A stretch of 46,443 bases of DNA from Halorhabdus amylolytica (GTDB taxonomy: Archaea; Halobacteriota; Halobacteria; Halobacteriales; Haloarculaceae), in NCBI RefSeq assembly GCF_004944975.1, contig NZ_SPQG01000001.1, positions 162,671-209,113 of the forward strand, written 5' to 3'. The number at the start of each line of letters is the position of its first letter. Within the stretch, counting starts at the first letter, position 1. The notes beneath the pieces are model-generated. The model was not told where the DNA came from. It searched no databases and saw only the letters and a program-made list of their open reading frames with translations. Positions 1 through 13,120 of this stretch are shown one piece after another. The translations under genes were made by a program, and so were the position numbers.

Positions 1-51
1 GTAGGATTTCTCCAAATAAACCCGCAGACAGTGCAGCGACACAACCGCGTA

Positions 52-95
52 GTCGGCGAAGCCGCCACCCCCTTCGGGGGCGGCGACTTCGCCTC
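52..95. other. Long GC-rich hairpin (about 17-bp stem, 1 mismatch, 4-nt loop)
   Basis: ggcgaagccgccaccccc-ttcg-ggggcggcgacttcgcc. In a non-coding 255-nt stretch at the window start. Function unknown (terminator or structured RNA). Confidence 0.25.
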
Positions 96-255
96 GGCCA
101 CCGACAGCATTTTAAGCTAACTGAACCGCTTTCTTTGTGAAGCGGGAGATCTTCGACATAGGCATCGACGGTTTCCCGCTTCATCTCCCTAGTTCTGACG
201 GTCGAAGCCGACGCTGTCTAGTGATTCACCAGAGCCAATTAGTTTACAAGATGAA

Positions 256-1269
256 ATGGTTAGATTTTTATATCATTCGTATGAACATCCATTTGTGAAA
301 TCAAATAACAATTTTAGCAGACGGGAATTGCTCGAAAAAGGTATCGCTACTTCCGCACTGGCTGCGCTTGGATTTGTTGGAGCGGTTCCCGCATCGGCGT
401 CGGAAGATTCTGATGAAATCAAACCCCTCCTCGAATCTATGGAAGTAAAGGCGATCAAACGTGTGGACCCCAGCTTGGAATGCAGACCGGACGACGCGGT
501 ACTGATCGCTACTGGGGAAGATCCCTCGTCCGCTTCTGTGCAACAGGATACCAGTGGTCATCCTGCCGGAGCGGCAATTCCAACGAATCATGGCACACTG
601 ACGGTCGTAACCACGGGTGGCGAGCATACAGCTATTCTTGATTTCGACGAGCGGGTTCCGGAGGTCGAGATCGACTGGCCAGAGGGCACGACAGCACGGC
701 TAAAATCCAATGAAAACGAGACAACATTCCAGCGATCCGCAACAAAGAAAGAAACTCATCGAATATTACGGAAGATAAGTCGAAACGATCTTGCAACGGC
801 AGATAACGTCGAGGTGAGTATAGCACCCAAAGAACAAGAGTTCTATATCCACCATATGAATGCGGAGGATCACGAGATCGAGCGAATTCGAGGCCATGAT
901 CCGTCGATCGGCAAAGCACATGGGAGAGACAATAAAGGTCAACGGACGCAGAAACCAGTCCAAGGAGGGTTCCAGGTGCTCGAAGAGAAAACGTTTGCCG
1001 CCGGAAATGATCAAATATCAACTGCATCATCTTGTGACTGTGACAAGGCGATGGCCGATCTGATATTTTGCGTCTACCAGGCCGGTGGGTGTTTCACGTG
1101 TTTCCTAGGATCACCTGTACCGCCAGTTCTTGTGGCGTGTCTGATTCTCGTCTGTGCCGGAGGAACTGGTGGTGTTATGCTATCATTCTTCGGGAATCTT
1201 GGGTGTGTCCCACCATCGAGCAGAGTCAGCAAAGGATGTCTAACGGACTGTGTTGACGAGTGGGTATAG
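256..1269 (+). CDS. Hypothetical secreted protein with a Tat-like signal peptide, an acidic domain and a Cys-rich hydrophobic C-terminus
   Basis: Long ORF in a locally AT-rich region. The N-terminus SRRELLEKGIATSALAALGFVGAVPASA is twin-arginine-like. The C-terminus has many Cys residues (CDCD..C..C..C). No recognisable family from sequence alone. Confidence 0.35.
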   Translation: MVRFLYHSYEHPFVKSNNNFSRRELLEKGIATSALAALGFVGAVPASASEDSDEIKPLLESMEVKAIKRVDPSLECRPDDAVLIATGEDPSSASVQQDTSGHPAGAAIPTNHGTLTVVTTGGEHTAILDFDERVPEVEIDWPEGTTARLKSNENETTFQRSATKKETHRILRKISRNDLATADNVEVSIAPKEQEFYIHHMNAEDHEIERIRGHDPSIGKAHGRDNKGQRTQKPVQGGFQVLEEKTFAAGNDQISTASSCDCDKAMADLIFCVYQAGGCFTCFLGSPVPPVLVACLILVCAGGTGGVMLSFFGNLGCVPPSSRVSKGCLTDCVDEWV

Positions 1270-1384
1270 GTAGCTATGGGGAACGATTAGACCCAACCCA
1301 CGTTCGAGCAAGATAGACGACGCTCCTGAACCGCCATTCAAGAGAAAATGTAGTTACGGAATTATCGGTATTGCGGCGCTTCGA

Positions 1385-1570
1385 ATGTTCGTCTTCAACC
1401 TCTCAAGTACCATGATCATCGCCGTGGACATCGGAACGGTGATCGTCTTTTCGCTGTTCATCCTCTATGACGTCAGCAAGATCCAAAAAGAGGACTACGG
1501 GCCAGTTGGCGATGCAATATCTCTCTACCTGGATTTCTTCTTGATTTTTCATCCACGTCCCCGAACTGCT
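1385..1570 (+). pseudogene. 3' remnant of a Bax-inhibitor-1/YccA (TMBIM) family membrane protein gene, truncated at its 5' side
   Basis: The translation ...IAVDIGTVIVFSLFILYDVSKIQKEDYGPVGDAISLYLDFFLIF matches the conserved C-terminal TM7 and LYLDFINIF motif of BI-1-family proteins. There is no N-terminal part upstream. The ORF reads through past the expected end into unrelated sequence. Confidence 0.45.
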
Positions 1571-1717
1571 CGGGGAAGCAAATTGACCATCTCGCAAAAC
1601 CCGTTCGGCGTCCATCCGGTGAACACCTACCACCGAATCGACGTGATCCCGGAGTGTCCGCGCCTTTGGAAGAAAAACGAGGAATGTATATCTGATGCGA
1701 CTGCCGGTGAACTGCTA

Positions 1718-2313
1718 TCAGCCGGCGGGTTCCGCATCTGCGTTGGTGTTCTCGCTCTCCTCGTCTGAAGGATCGCCTTTACGCTGGGCGTTGATCTGGT
1801 CGACGATCGTTTCGACGGTCGCTTCGGTGGCGTAGACCTGTAGCGTTGTCCGTGACGTCTGGACGGCCAGATAGTGGTACGTTTCCCCCGCCTCGTCATC
1901 GTCACGGAGCCGAGCGGTGACCACACTCAGGGCGAAGGTAACCACCCCGACTCCGAAAGGTGCTGCCGTTAGCAGTGGCGAAAACGACATGAACAGCCAC
2001 AGCGCGATCGTCGCGAGGATGCCGATCGCCAGGCTGAGCACACCGAGTCGAAGGATCGCCGACCCCGTTCCGGACTGCATCGTCTCGGTTTTGATCGCTT
2101 CGACGTCCTCGAACTCCACTGTTTCGAGGTCCTCGTCCAGCCAGAGGAGTCGTCGATCGGTCAGGCCTAGCGTCTCGGTCGGCCCCATCCCCGGTGGCGA
2201 CAGTTCGAACCCGCGAATGATCGTATCGACTGTCCAGGTCTCGACCAACTCCTCGTCATCGCCGAGAAACGATGCCAGCGCACGTTCGGTTCGATCCATG
2301 GATGCAATCTCCC

Positions 2314-2329
<16 letters not shown>
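1718..2329 (-). CDS. PH-domain-like membrane protein (hypothetical)
   Basis: 203-aa ORF with a cytoplasmic domain followed by two predicted TM helices (LGVLSLAIGILATIALWLFM, GVGVVTFALSVV) and an acidic tail. It overlaps the carB stop by 16 nt. An alternative start at MDRTER (2299) removes the overlap. Confidence 0.5.
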
Positions 2330-5553
<3,224 letters not shown>

Positions 5554-5813
5554 TGTGCGTCTGGAGTTCGTTCGTCGTAATAAGCCCGGCGAAAGGTTAC
5601 GATACTCGCAAGTGAATTTCGAAAATCGTATCGACCCTGGTCACTCGGCCCGTCGTAACGAGCCTCGGCAACGGTGCCCCGGTCGTCGCGGTTCACACAA
5701 CTGATAGCATTTGAAACCACCATCCACGAATTCCGGACGAAAAAACAACGGAACTGCTTTACGAGAGTCCGAAATAGGACGGAAGTCGACCGGCACTCCC
5801 GTCCCGACCGTGA

Positions 5814-6068
5814 TCACTGTCCGCGGTCGTCGAACCGATATCGGTAGGGCCGGTCGCGGATCACCTCAACCTCGCCGGTCTCGGCGTGACGACCCAGGAC
5901 GGTTGCCACCTGATGGGCGCTGTCAAAGGACTCGCCGTGCTCCTCCAGCAGGGCGAGGATTTCTCTGGCAGTCAGGGGTTCCTCGTGATCCGCCTCCCGC
6001 AACACGGCGCGGATCCGCTCGAACTCGCCGTGGCGTAACATAGTCTGACAATTGTTCCCGAACACCAT
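5814..6068 (-). CDS. Small hypothetical protein, possibly a winged-helix DNA-binding protein
   Basis: 84-aa ORF. A shorter start at MLRHGEF (6041) is possible. A perfect 9-bp inverted repeat lies immediately upstream. Call is tentative. Confidence 0.4.
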   Translation of the reverse strand: MVFGNNCQTMLRHGEFERIRAVLREADHEEPLTAREILALLEEHGESFDSAHQVATVLGRHAETGEVEVIRDRPYRYRFDDRGQ

Positions 6069-6074
6069 TAATTA

Positions 6075-6096
6075 CCGTCAGACTACCGTCTGACGG
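6075..6096. promoter_or_regulatory. Perfect 9-bp inverted repeat (ccgtcagac-tacc-gtctgacgg), candidate operator
   Basis: Seen directly in the sequence, 7 nt upstream of the start of the small putative wHTH gene 5814..6068. Confidence 0.3.
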
Positions 6097-6177
6097 ACGA
6101 TCGGACAGTTTCGATAGACGACGGCGCGATCGACTGTCACACGAAGCGAACGATTCGCGGAAACGTCACACGCCTGG

Positions 6178-6711
6178 TCAGACAGCCGTGTCGTGCTCGC
6201 CTTCGAGGTCGCGTTCGGCCCGGTAGACGTCGACGAACTCGCTCACGTCGAACTCACGCATCTCGGCCTCGAATTCCGTGATCGTGTCCTCGTCGTTCGC
6301 GTGACTGACGGCGTGTTCCATCAAATCGACGATAAGTTCGACGACGATTTCGTGGAGGCGTCGGGCGTCGAAGTCAGTAATCCAGACGAGTCCACAGCCG
6401 ATGTCGCCGTCCTCGGAGACGTCCTCGGCGACGACAGCGTCCGGGAACTCCTCTAAGACGATGCCCATGAGGTGAACGGTTCCGAGTTCCTCGGCCTCGT
6501 CGGTCGTCTCGACCGTCTCGCGGAGCACGTCGACCAGAAACTCGGGCAGGAAGCGGGCCGGCGGATGGACGTCCATGACGAGTGCGTGTGTCGACCCACA
6601 CGCACAGTCGAACTCCCGCATACCCATGTCGAGTTCGGAGAGGCCGATTGACTCGCCACAGGGGAGTTCGATGCGGTCGCCCGCTCCAGGGACGCGAGGT
6701 GTACTCATCGG
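6178..6711 (-). CDS. Conserved hypothetical acidic protein with a Cys cluster (possible metal-binding)
   Basis: ORF 6178..6759. Internal start MSTPRVPG at 6711 preferred. Motif CGESIGLSELDMGMREFDCACGSTH. Confidence 0.5.
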   Translation of the reverse strand, partial: PMSTPRVPGAGDRIELPCGESIGLSELDMGMREFDCACGSTHALVMDVHPPARFLPEFLVDVLRETVETTDEAEELGTVHLMGIVLEEFPDAVVAEDVSEDGDIGCGLVWITDFDARRLHEIVVELIVDLMEHAVSHANDEDTITEFEAEMREFDVSEFVDVYRAERDLEGEHDTAV

Positions 6712-6798
6712 CCTGGATTGCGCCCGCGGGCGGTTAAACGCCCCGATGGGCGACGTCACTTCCGCGTCCCAACGTGTCGTCTTGCCGACCCCGGCAGG

Positions 6799-7191
6799 TC
6801 AGGGCCAGTCGTCGCGTGTCTCTTCCTGTTCGGCCTGAGCCGGCGGTTCGGGTTCGCCGAGTTCCCACTCGGCGGCCTCGGCCGCATCAGTGACGTCCAG
6901 AAACTCCCAGCCGGCTTCTTCGGCCAGTGCCGCCGCCTCGTCGTCGGTACCGACATAGACGTAGCGTGGCGTCTCGAACTGGCCCATGACGTTCTCCAGA
7001 CTCTCCGTGCGGCCGCGGGGTCCGGAGAAGAAGTCCTGGCGGACGCGGTGTTTCCGCGCGAAGTTGGTGACGACGTACGTCGGTTCGTCGGAGACGATGC
7101 CGACGTACTCGCTCCACTGGCGTGCGTCAGTGAACACTGCATCGGGGTGGGCCAGTTGTCGCAGCGCGTCGAGGTCGAAAGCGAGAGTCAT
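6799..7191 (-). CDS. Hypothetical acidic protein
   Basis: ORF 6799..7242. Internal start MTLAFDL preferred over the Arg-rich upstream extension. Haloarchaeal-type acidic composition. Confidence 0.45.
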   Translation of the reverse strand: MTLAFDLDALRQLAHPDAVFTDARQWSEYVGIVSDEPTYVVTNFARKHRVRQDFFSGPRGRTESLENVMGQFETPRYVYVGTDDEAAALAEEAGWEFLDVTDAAEAAEWELGEPEPPAQAEQEETRDDWP

Positions 7192-7276
7192 CTCACCGCC
7201 CGTATCGCCGTGCATGTGTCTCAACATCCGACTGACGCGCAAAACCGTGTCGATCCGGGACGGACCAGGCGGTCAG

Positions 7277-8521
7277 TCACCGTTCGAGGGGGGACGGAGC
7301 CAGCGCTTCGAGATCGACCTCGGGCGCAAGCAGTGCCTCCTTCTGGTCGGCGACGGGTCGTTCCTCGCGGATGATCCGCTTGAACGCGCTCTGCTGGGAG
7401 AGATCGCCGATCAGAACGCCGCCGATCAGCTTACCGTCCTTGAACGTGAGGCGACGCCACTCCTCGTCATCGTACTTGCGTTCGGCTGCGTCGTCGCCGA
7501 TCGTCGGATGGCCAAAGGAGAGAAACGGGAAGTCGAAGTGCGTGATCGAGTACGTCGGCACGTATCGGAAGGTCTCGACGGGTTCGTCGGCGACCATGTT
7601 CGCGCCGGCGACTGCCCCCTGCTCCTTGGCACTCCCCCAGGAGCCGTTCTGTGCCCCCTCGTCGAGGATCACGTCGTGGTAGCGTGTCAGGTCGCCGGCG
7701 GCATAGACGCCTTCGACGTTCGTTTGCATGTGTTCGTCGACGACGACGCCGTCGTCGAGTTCGACCGGTGTCCCCTGAAGGAATTCCGTGTTGTAGTCCA
7801 GGCCGACAGCGACTGCGGCGAACTCGGCCTCGTGGAACTCGCCGTTGGAGTCGATGGCACCGCTGACGTGACCGTCCTCGTCGACCTCGAAGTGGTCGAG
7901 GCCACTCTCGAAGACCAGATCAACCCCTAGATCCCGGAGCGCCTCATGGACGATTTCTGCACCGTCGAGCGTCAGCGCGTAGCGCCACCACCGGTTTCCG
8001 CGCATCAGGTAGTCCGCGTCGACGCCCTGGGCGCCACAGATCGCCGCGAGGTCGATACCGAGCAGGCCCGCGCCGACGATGACGCCCGTCTCGGCCTCGC
8101 TGGCGTGCTGGCGGATCCGCCTGGCGTCTTCGAACGTCCAGAAGTGGTGGATCCCATCGGCGTCGCTGTTCTCGACGGGCAGCTCGATCGGCGTGCCGCC
8201 AGTCGCGACCAAGAGATTGTCGTACTCGTAAGTGGAGCCGTCGTGGGCCTCGATGACCTTCGCGTCAGTGTCGACGTCCGTGACGTGAGTGTTGAGTTCG
8301 AGGGCGATGTCGCGCTCGTCGTACCACTCCTCCTCGTGGATCGCGATGGGATCCTCGGGGAGTTTCCCTTTGGCGAACTCCTTGATCAGGATCCGGTTGT
8401 AGAGAGGTTCGCCCTCCTCGGTGATGACGGTCACCTCGGCGTCTGGATCCGCCTCGCGGATCGTCTCCGCGGCGGAACTGCCCGCGATCCCGTCGCCGAG
8501 GATCACGTGCGACGTGGTCAT
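7277..8521 (-). CDS. NAD(P)/FAD-dependent oxidoreductase (pyridine nucleotide-disulfide oxidoreductase fold, ferredoxin/rubredoxin-reductase-like)
   Basis: N-terminal FAD-binding GxGxxG (VILGDGIAGSSAA). Second dinucleotide-binding motif (VIVGAGLLGIDLA). Conserved GD motif (VYAAGDL). 414 aa. Confidence 0.8.
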   Translation of the reverse strand: MTTSHVILGDGIAGSSAAETIREADPDAEVTVITEEGEPLYNRILIKEFAKGKLPEDPIAIHEEEWYDERDIALELNTHVTDVDTDAKVIEAHDGSTYEYDNLLVATGGTPIELPVENSDADGIHHFWTFEDARRIRQHASEAETGVIVGAGLLGIDLAAICGAQGVDADYLMRGNRWWRYALTLDGAEIVHEALRDLGVDLVFESGLDHFEVDEDGHVSGAIDSNGEFHEAEFAAVAVGLDYNTEFLQGTPVELDDGVVVDEHMQTNVEGVYAAGDLTRYHDVILDEGAQNGSWGSAKEQGAVAGANMVADEPVETFRYVPTYSITHFDFPFLSFGHPTIGDDAAERKYDDEEWRRLTFKDGKLIGGVLIGDLSQQSAFKRIIREERPVADQKEALLAPEVDLEALAPSPLER

Positions 8522-8669
8522 GATACCGTCCTTCGACCCGGGGCCTAATGTGGATTGCTATCGGCGAAATCATATCACTCGATCCGGGAACCCGCGTGTC
8601 CGAACGTCGCTCGTTACCGGATGCCGACTTCCCTGAGTTGATGGGGCTCGACCGAGTATTCCGACCCAC

Positions 8670-9278
8670 ATGAAGATCAAACAAAGCGTCAAACACTGGG
8701 CGGCCAAACAGAGCCTGACTGCACCGGTCGTCGGCGAGATGGTAGCCGACAGACTGGTCAACCTGCATACCGGTGTCTTCCTCGACTGGGCACAAGAGGA
8801 GTACCAGGAGGAGCGACGCGAACGCCTGGAAGCGTTCTTCGATGCGACGATGGATACCTACGTCGCCGCCTTGAAGGAGGGATACCCCGAGGCCGAGGCC
8901 CGCGAGATAACCCACGCTCAGGCCAACTTCGACTTCTACAACCACGGCTGGACCGAAATGATGGAGTTCCCCGTCGAGGAGGTCGAGATCCACTACGATC
9001 GCTACGCCGACTTCTTCGAATCTCACGGTATCACGATCGACGATCCGTTAGGGGAGTTCGCACCCGCCGGTGGACTACCCGATGCTCCCTCGACGCCGGA
9101 GAAACTCGACGACCCCGAACATCCCCACGCGATCGGCGGCTTTGCCGACGACGTCTACGTCGAAACCGAGGACGGCGAGGTCGTGATCGGCGGAGAAGAG
9201 GAACCCGACGAAGTCGACGTCGAGGAAGCACCCGGCGTCGACCGCGATGTTGTCGAGGGCAGGGAAATCGAGTCCTGA
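8670..9278 (+). CDS. Hypothetical acidic cytoplasmic protein
   Basis: 202-aa ORF with typical haloarchaeal acidic composition. No recognisable catalytic motif. Confidence 0.55.
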   Translation: MKIKQSVKHWAAKQSLTAPVVGEMVADRLVNLHTGVFLDWAQEEYQEERRERLEAFFDATMDTYVAALKEGYPEAEAREITHAQANFDFYNHGWTEMMEFPVEEVEIHYDRYADFFESHGITIDDPLGEFAPAGGLPDAPSTPEKLDDPEHPHAIGGFADDVYVETEDGEVVIGGEEEPDEVDVEEAPGVDRDVVEGREIES

Positions 9279-9363
9279 TCGGCAGCGCAGTCCCGATCGC
9301 GTTTTCCTGAACGTGCGGCCGACGGAGTAAGCCCTGAGTGAGTCTGCATACAACCGTATGCAC

Positions 9364-9432
9364 ATGTCGAAAAGTATCCGACTCTCCGAGGAGGCCTACG
9401 AGCGCCTCGACGTTGCGATCGAAACGTACTAA
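9364..9432 (+). CDS. Candidate 22-aa micro-ORF (MSKSIRLSEEAYERLDVAIETY)
   Basis: ATG..TAA ORF below the six-frame track cutoff, found by reading the sequence. It sits in the 160-bp gap between two convergent genes. Highly speculative. Confidence 0.2.
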   Translation: MSKSIRLSEEAYERLDVAIETY

Positions 9433-9439
9433 CGTTCGA

Positions 9440-10753
9440 CTACTCAGCCTCGCCGATCCGTTCGGCACACGCCTCGCCGGCGACGATCGCCCCGTTGATC
9501 GAACGTTCGGGGTACTGCGCCCGTGAGGCCATCCCCGCGTAGTAGACGCCCGAAGCTACGTCCTCGCTCAGATCGTAGGGCACCACCATATCGAGGTAGC
9601 CCCGCTCGTAGATGGGCGCAGTCTTGGGGCTGCGTGCCGTCTCGATCCAGTTGACGGACTCCCGATCGAAGTCGGGGAACAGATCTTCGATACCGGATAG
9701 CCAGGTCTCTTCGACGCCTTCGTCCTCCTTCTGCCAGAGTTCGTCCCCCAGATCCTGAACGTACTTGACGGCGTACAACAAGTGTTCACCGCCGTATCGT
9801 TCCGCCGACACATAATTAGTGTGTTCGATCAGCGCGCCGAAGGGCGCCTCGTCGGCGATGTTGAGCCAGTAGGTGTCCGTCAGGGCTTGCTCCATACTGA
9901 TGACCGAGCAGACGGTCCCCTGGAAGTCGATGCCACACTCGTAGCCCGTCAGGTGTTCGAGAACGTCCGGCATCGTGGCGACGACCACCGCGTCGACGTC
10001 GTGGGTCTCGGTTCCGTCGCCGGTCTCGACGGTGAGGGAGCCCACGGCGCCGTCCTCGATCCCGAGATCGGCCACGCGAGCGCCCGTGACGACGTTCTCA
10101 CGGCCGACCGATTCGAGCATGGCGTCGATGAGTCTGCCGAACCCCCCTTCGAGATAGCCAAGCAGTTCGCCTTTGAGGATGTCCCGCTCGCCGCGGAACT
10201 TCACCCGCCCGAGAAGCCAGGCGGCACTGACCGACTCCCAGCGGTCGCCGAACTTCGCCTCCAACAGCGGTTTGAAAAACCGCTCGAAACAACCCCGCGA
10301 GGTGTGATCGAGGATAAACTCCCTGACCGGCACGTCCTCGAAGTCCTCCAGTCGTTCGTAGGTGTCGAAGGAAGGAACCCCGCCGCGAACGTCGACATCC
10401 AGCACGAGCATTCCCAGGCGAAACTTGTCGTAAAGCGAAAGGTGCGGATAGGCGAGGATCTCCCATGGTTTGTCCATGGGGTGGACGACGCCGTCGACGT
10501 AGTAGGCGTCGCTACCGTAGCGCCACTCCAGATTGTCACCAAGCCCCAGTTCCTCGATCCACTCGACGATGGTCTCCTCGGACTTCGAGAGGTGGTGGTA
10601 GAACTTCTCGACGGGATCGCCGGCGGTTTCGTATGTCGCCGCCAGTCCGCCGAGGTCGTCGCTCGCCTCGAACACTGTCACGTCGTACCCTCGTTCTTGA
10701 AGGCGACGGGCCCCAGCAAGCCCGGCGACCCCGCCGCCGACGACACCGATCAT
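9440..10753 (-). CDS. NAD(P)/FAD-dependent oxidoreductase (amine-oxidase/phytoene-desaturase-like family)
   Basis: N-terminal GVVGGGVAGLAGARRL...VTVFEASDDLGGLAAT dinucleotide-binding signature. 437 aa. Confidence 0.8.
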   Translation of the reverse strand: MIGVVGGGVAGLAGARRLQERGYDVTVFEASDDLGGLAATYETAGDPVEKFYHHLSKSEETIVEWIEELGLGDNLEWRYGSDAYYVDGVVHPMDKPWEILAYPHLSLYDKFRLGMLVLDVDVRGGVPSFDTYERLEDFEDVPVREFILDHTSRGCFERFFKPLLEAKFGDRWESVSAAWLLGRVKFRGERDILKGELLGYLEGGFGRLIDAMLESVGRENVVTGARVADLGIEDGAVGSLTVETGDGTETHDVDAVVVATMPDVLEHLTGYECGIDFQGTVCSVISMEQALTDTYWLNIADEAPFGALIEHTNYVSAERYGGEHLLYAVKYVQDLGDELWQKEDEGVEETWLSGIEDLFPDFDRESVNWIETARSPKTAPIYERGYLDMVVPYDLSEDVASGVYYAGMASRAQYPERSINGAIVAGEACAERIGEAE

Positions 10754-10839
10754 GGGCCGGCTTCGGCGGGTCCGCGAATAGGCCTTTCCGTTACGAACGG
10801 GCGGAGGCTAGTCGTGTGGTCCGACGATCCGAACGGCGT

Positions 10840-13029
10840 TCACTCTTCGGCGGACGGGCGCTGAAACTCCAGAACTGCGATCGCACCGGTCGGATCGTTG
10901 TCCTCGAACCAGACGTCCCCGCCGTAGAGGTCCATCATCACCGCGACGAAGTACAGCCCAAACCCATGAGCGGTCTGGCTGACGCTCACGTCCCGCTCGA
11001 ACAGCGACTCCTTGAGGTGATCCGAGACGCCTGGCCCCTCGTCGGCGATCCGTACCTGGAGCCACTCGCCCATCGGTCGTATTTCGATTTCGACGGTCGC
11101 CGAAGCGTCGTCGCCGTGTTCAGCCGCGTTCCGAACGACAGCCTCGAAGACGTCGGCAAGCAGGCCGTTCGCCAGCACTGTCTGATCGTCGTCGACGTCA
11201 CCCTTGACAGTGAGGGTGTGTTCGGCCTCGACGCGTTCGAGGGCGGCAGAGAGGGGCGCACCCACGTCGACGGCCCAGACCCGATCACCGTCGGATGTGA
11301 GTGTCTCGGTGATCGAACGGATCTTCCCGGTGAGTTCCGAGAGTTCCGCCGACCGCTCCCTGATGCGATCGACGCGTTCCTTGTCGTCTCCCTGGAGATC
11401 CCTGGCCAACAACTGCGCGTTGCTGTCGATGACCTGGACCCCATTGCGGATGTTGTGTCTGAGCACGCCGTTGAGGAATTCGAGTTGCTCCGTCCGGTGG
11501 CGGACGACGCGACGGCTCTCCCGGAGTTGCTGTTCACGGGCAACCCGATCCAGCGCGGTCTCGGTCGCCCCGGCGAGGATCGTCGCGAACTGCCGATCCT
11601 CGGCCGAGTACGCCGTGCCCTCCCGGGAGGCGATACACAGCAACCCGTGTTCCCCGAGCGACAGCGCGAGTACGCCGTCCACGTCGAGCGTTTCGAACGG
11701 GCTCCACCCCCAGTCCGATCCCGTCAGAACGCCTGTCTCCTCCGCGTCGTACTGTTCGAACAGGACCGCCGTCTCCGCCGTCACGTCCGGCGGACGTCCG
11801 TCGATCGCGTCCTCGACAGACGAGGAAACTGCCGCCGTACGGAGTCGGCCCTCGTCGGCCAGAAAGACGACCGCGATCTCCTGACCAAGGACCCGTTCGA
11901 CGAACGAGACGGCGACATCCGCAACCTCGTCGTCGATCCGTGCCTCGATGAGTCGCTCGGTGGTCGCCTGTAGCGCCTCGATCCGATCCATGCGGCGCTG
12001 TTGGACGGTGACGTCCCGGAGCACGATCAAACGACCGCGGCAGTCGCCACGCGAGTCCGTTATCTCGGTGTCCCGGGGATCGAACAGCGCAGTCTCACCT
12101 GGATCGTTCGGGTTCGTTGCCCGGACCAGATCCCCGGATGCCACGCGATCGAGCAAGTTCGGCGCGACAGCCTCGACGTTCCGACCGGTCAGTTGCCCCC
12201 CGTCGAACGCGTCGATCGCCGCGTCGTTGTGATCGACGATTCGGTCGTCGATGTCGAGGACGAGGACGGGATCGGGGAGTTCGTCGAGAAGCAGGTCGCT
12301 CGCGAGCGGGGTGACCGACAGGAAATCGTAGCGAAACAGCGCCCAGCCGGCGATCACTCCACCGAGTGCGAAAGTCAACGGCGTCGGATCGAGTCCTGTC
12401 CGTGAGCCGATCCCGACGACGAACAGAGCGTTCCCGACCACGGGAAAGAGGCTGCCGCCGACGATGGCGCTTCCCTGGCGCCGGTACACCGGACTGGCTG
12501 ACAGCAGGAAACGAACGAGGATCGCGTATCCGACGAACACGAGCAGGTACGCCACGCTGACGCTCGCCCAGTACGGGACGCCCCGCACGAGCGTCGGTAC
12601 AGTCACGCCGGCGACGGTCCGGAACTCGACGGCGATATCGACCAGGCCGTGCAAGGGGGCGGTCACTGCCAATCCAGCATAGGCGATCGGAATCGCCCAA
12701 AGGACAGCGTATACCGCCGGCCGACGATATCTGTCGAGCCCAGTGTACGCGAGCGTGAACGCGACCCACAACGGCGGGATTCCCGCGGCTGCGATGTCTG
12801 CAGTCACCAGTAACGCAGCGATGATCTCGGCGTCCCCGGCCAGCAGAGCGCCGGCGTAGGCGACCGACCAGAGACCAGCGGCGACCATGAATCCGCCAAA
12901 GGGCTTGGCGGCCGGGACGTCCCGCCGATGCCAGGCGAAGGCAGCCAGCCAGGCACAGACCACACCGCCGGCGAGGCTCCCGCCGATCAGCAGGAGATCG
13001 ATGGAGGGGGCGGGCATGGAATAGTTCAT
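10840..13029 (-). CDS. Sensor histidine kinase with an N-terminal 7-TM domain plus PAS, GAF, HisKA and HATPase domains
   Basis: ORF 10840..13341. Start MNYSMPAP at 13029 verified in sequence (rc atgaactat). The upstream extension is Arg/Ser-rich and overlaps the divergent thrB promoter. About seven TM helices at the N-terminus. HRxxQLEFLNGVLRHNIRN (H-box). C-terminal ATPase G-boxes (DEGPGV, GFGLYFV). Confidence 0.85.
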   Translation of the reverse strand: MNYSMPAPSIDLLLIGGSLAGGVVCAWLAAFAWHRRDVPAAKPFGGFMVAAGLWSVAYAGALLAGDAEIIAALLVTADIAAAGIPPLWVAFTLAYTGLDRYRRPAVYAVLWAIPIAYAGLAVTAPLHGLVDIAVEFRTVAGVTVPTLVRGVPYWASVSVAYLLVFVGYAILVRFLLSASPVYRRQGSAIVGGSLFPVVGNALFVVGIGSRTGLDPTPLTFALGGVIAGWALFRYDFLSVTPLASDLLLDELPDPVLVLDIDDRIVDHNDAAIDAFDGGQLTGRNVEAVAPNLLDRVASGDLVRATNPNDPGETALFDPRDTEITDSRGDCRGRLIVLRDVTVQQRRMDRIEALQATTERLIEARIDDEVADVAVSFVERVLGQEIAVVFLADEGRLRTAAVSSSVEDAIDGRPPDVTAETAVLFEQYDAEETGVLTGSDWGWSPFETLDVDGVLALSLGEHGLLCIASREGTAYSAEDRQFATILAGATETALDRVAREQQLRESRRVVRHRTEQLEFLNGVLRHNIRNGVQVIDSNAQLLARDLQGDDKERVDRIRERSAELSELTGKIRSITETLTSDGDRVWAVDVGAPLSAALERVEAEHTLTVKGDVDDDQTVLANGLLADVFEAVVRNAAEHGDDASATVEIEIRPMGEWLQVRIADEGPGVSDHLKESLFERDVSVSQTAHGFGLYFVAVMMDLYGGDVWFEDNDPTGAIAVLEFQRPSAEE

Positions 13030-13120
13030 ACGGCGGTTCGCGTGACGGGGGCTTATGTTTGGGGGTGATCTGAGGCCCGCATTCGCTACCTTTTTGCCCG
13101 CTGTCGGGGAAAGCCGGGGT

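Noticed and set aside
1-255. Possible tRNA or tRNA fragment at the window start
   Set aside because: Could not fold a cloverleaf or find T-arm/anticodon-arm signatures. The strong hairpins look more like terminator or structured-RNA elements.
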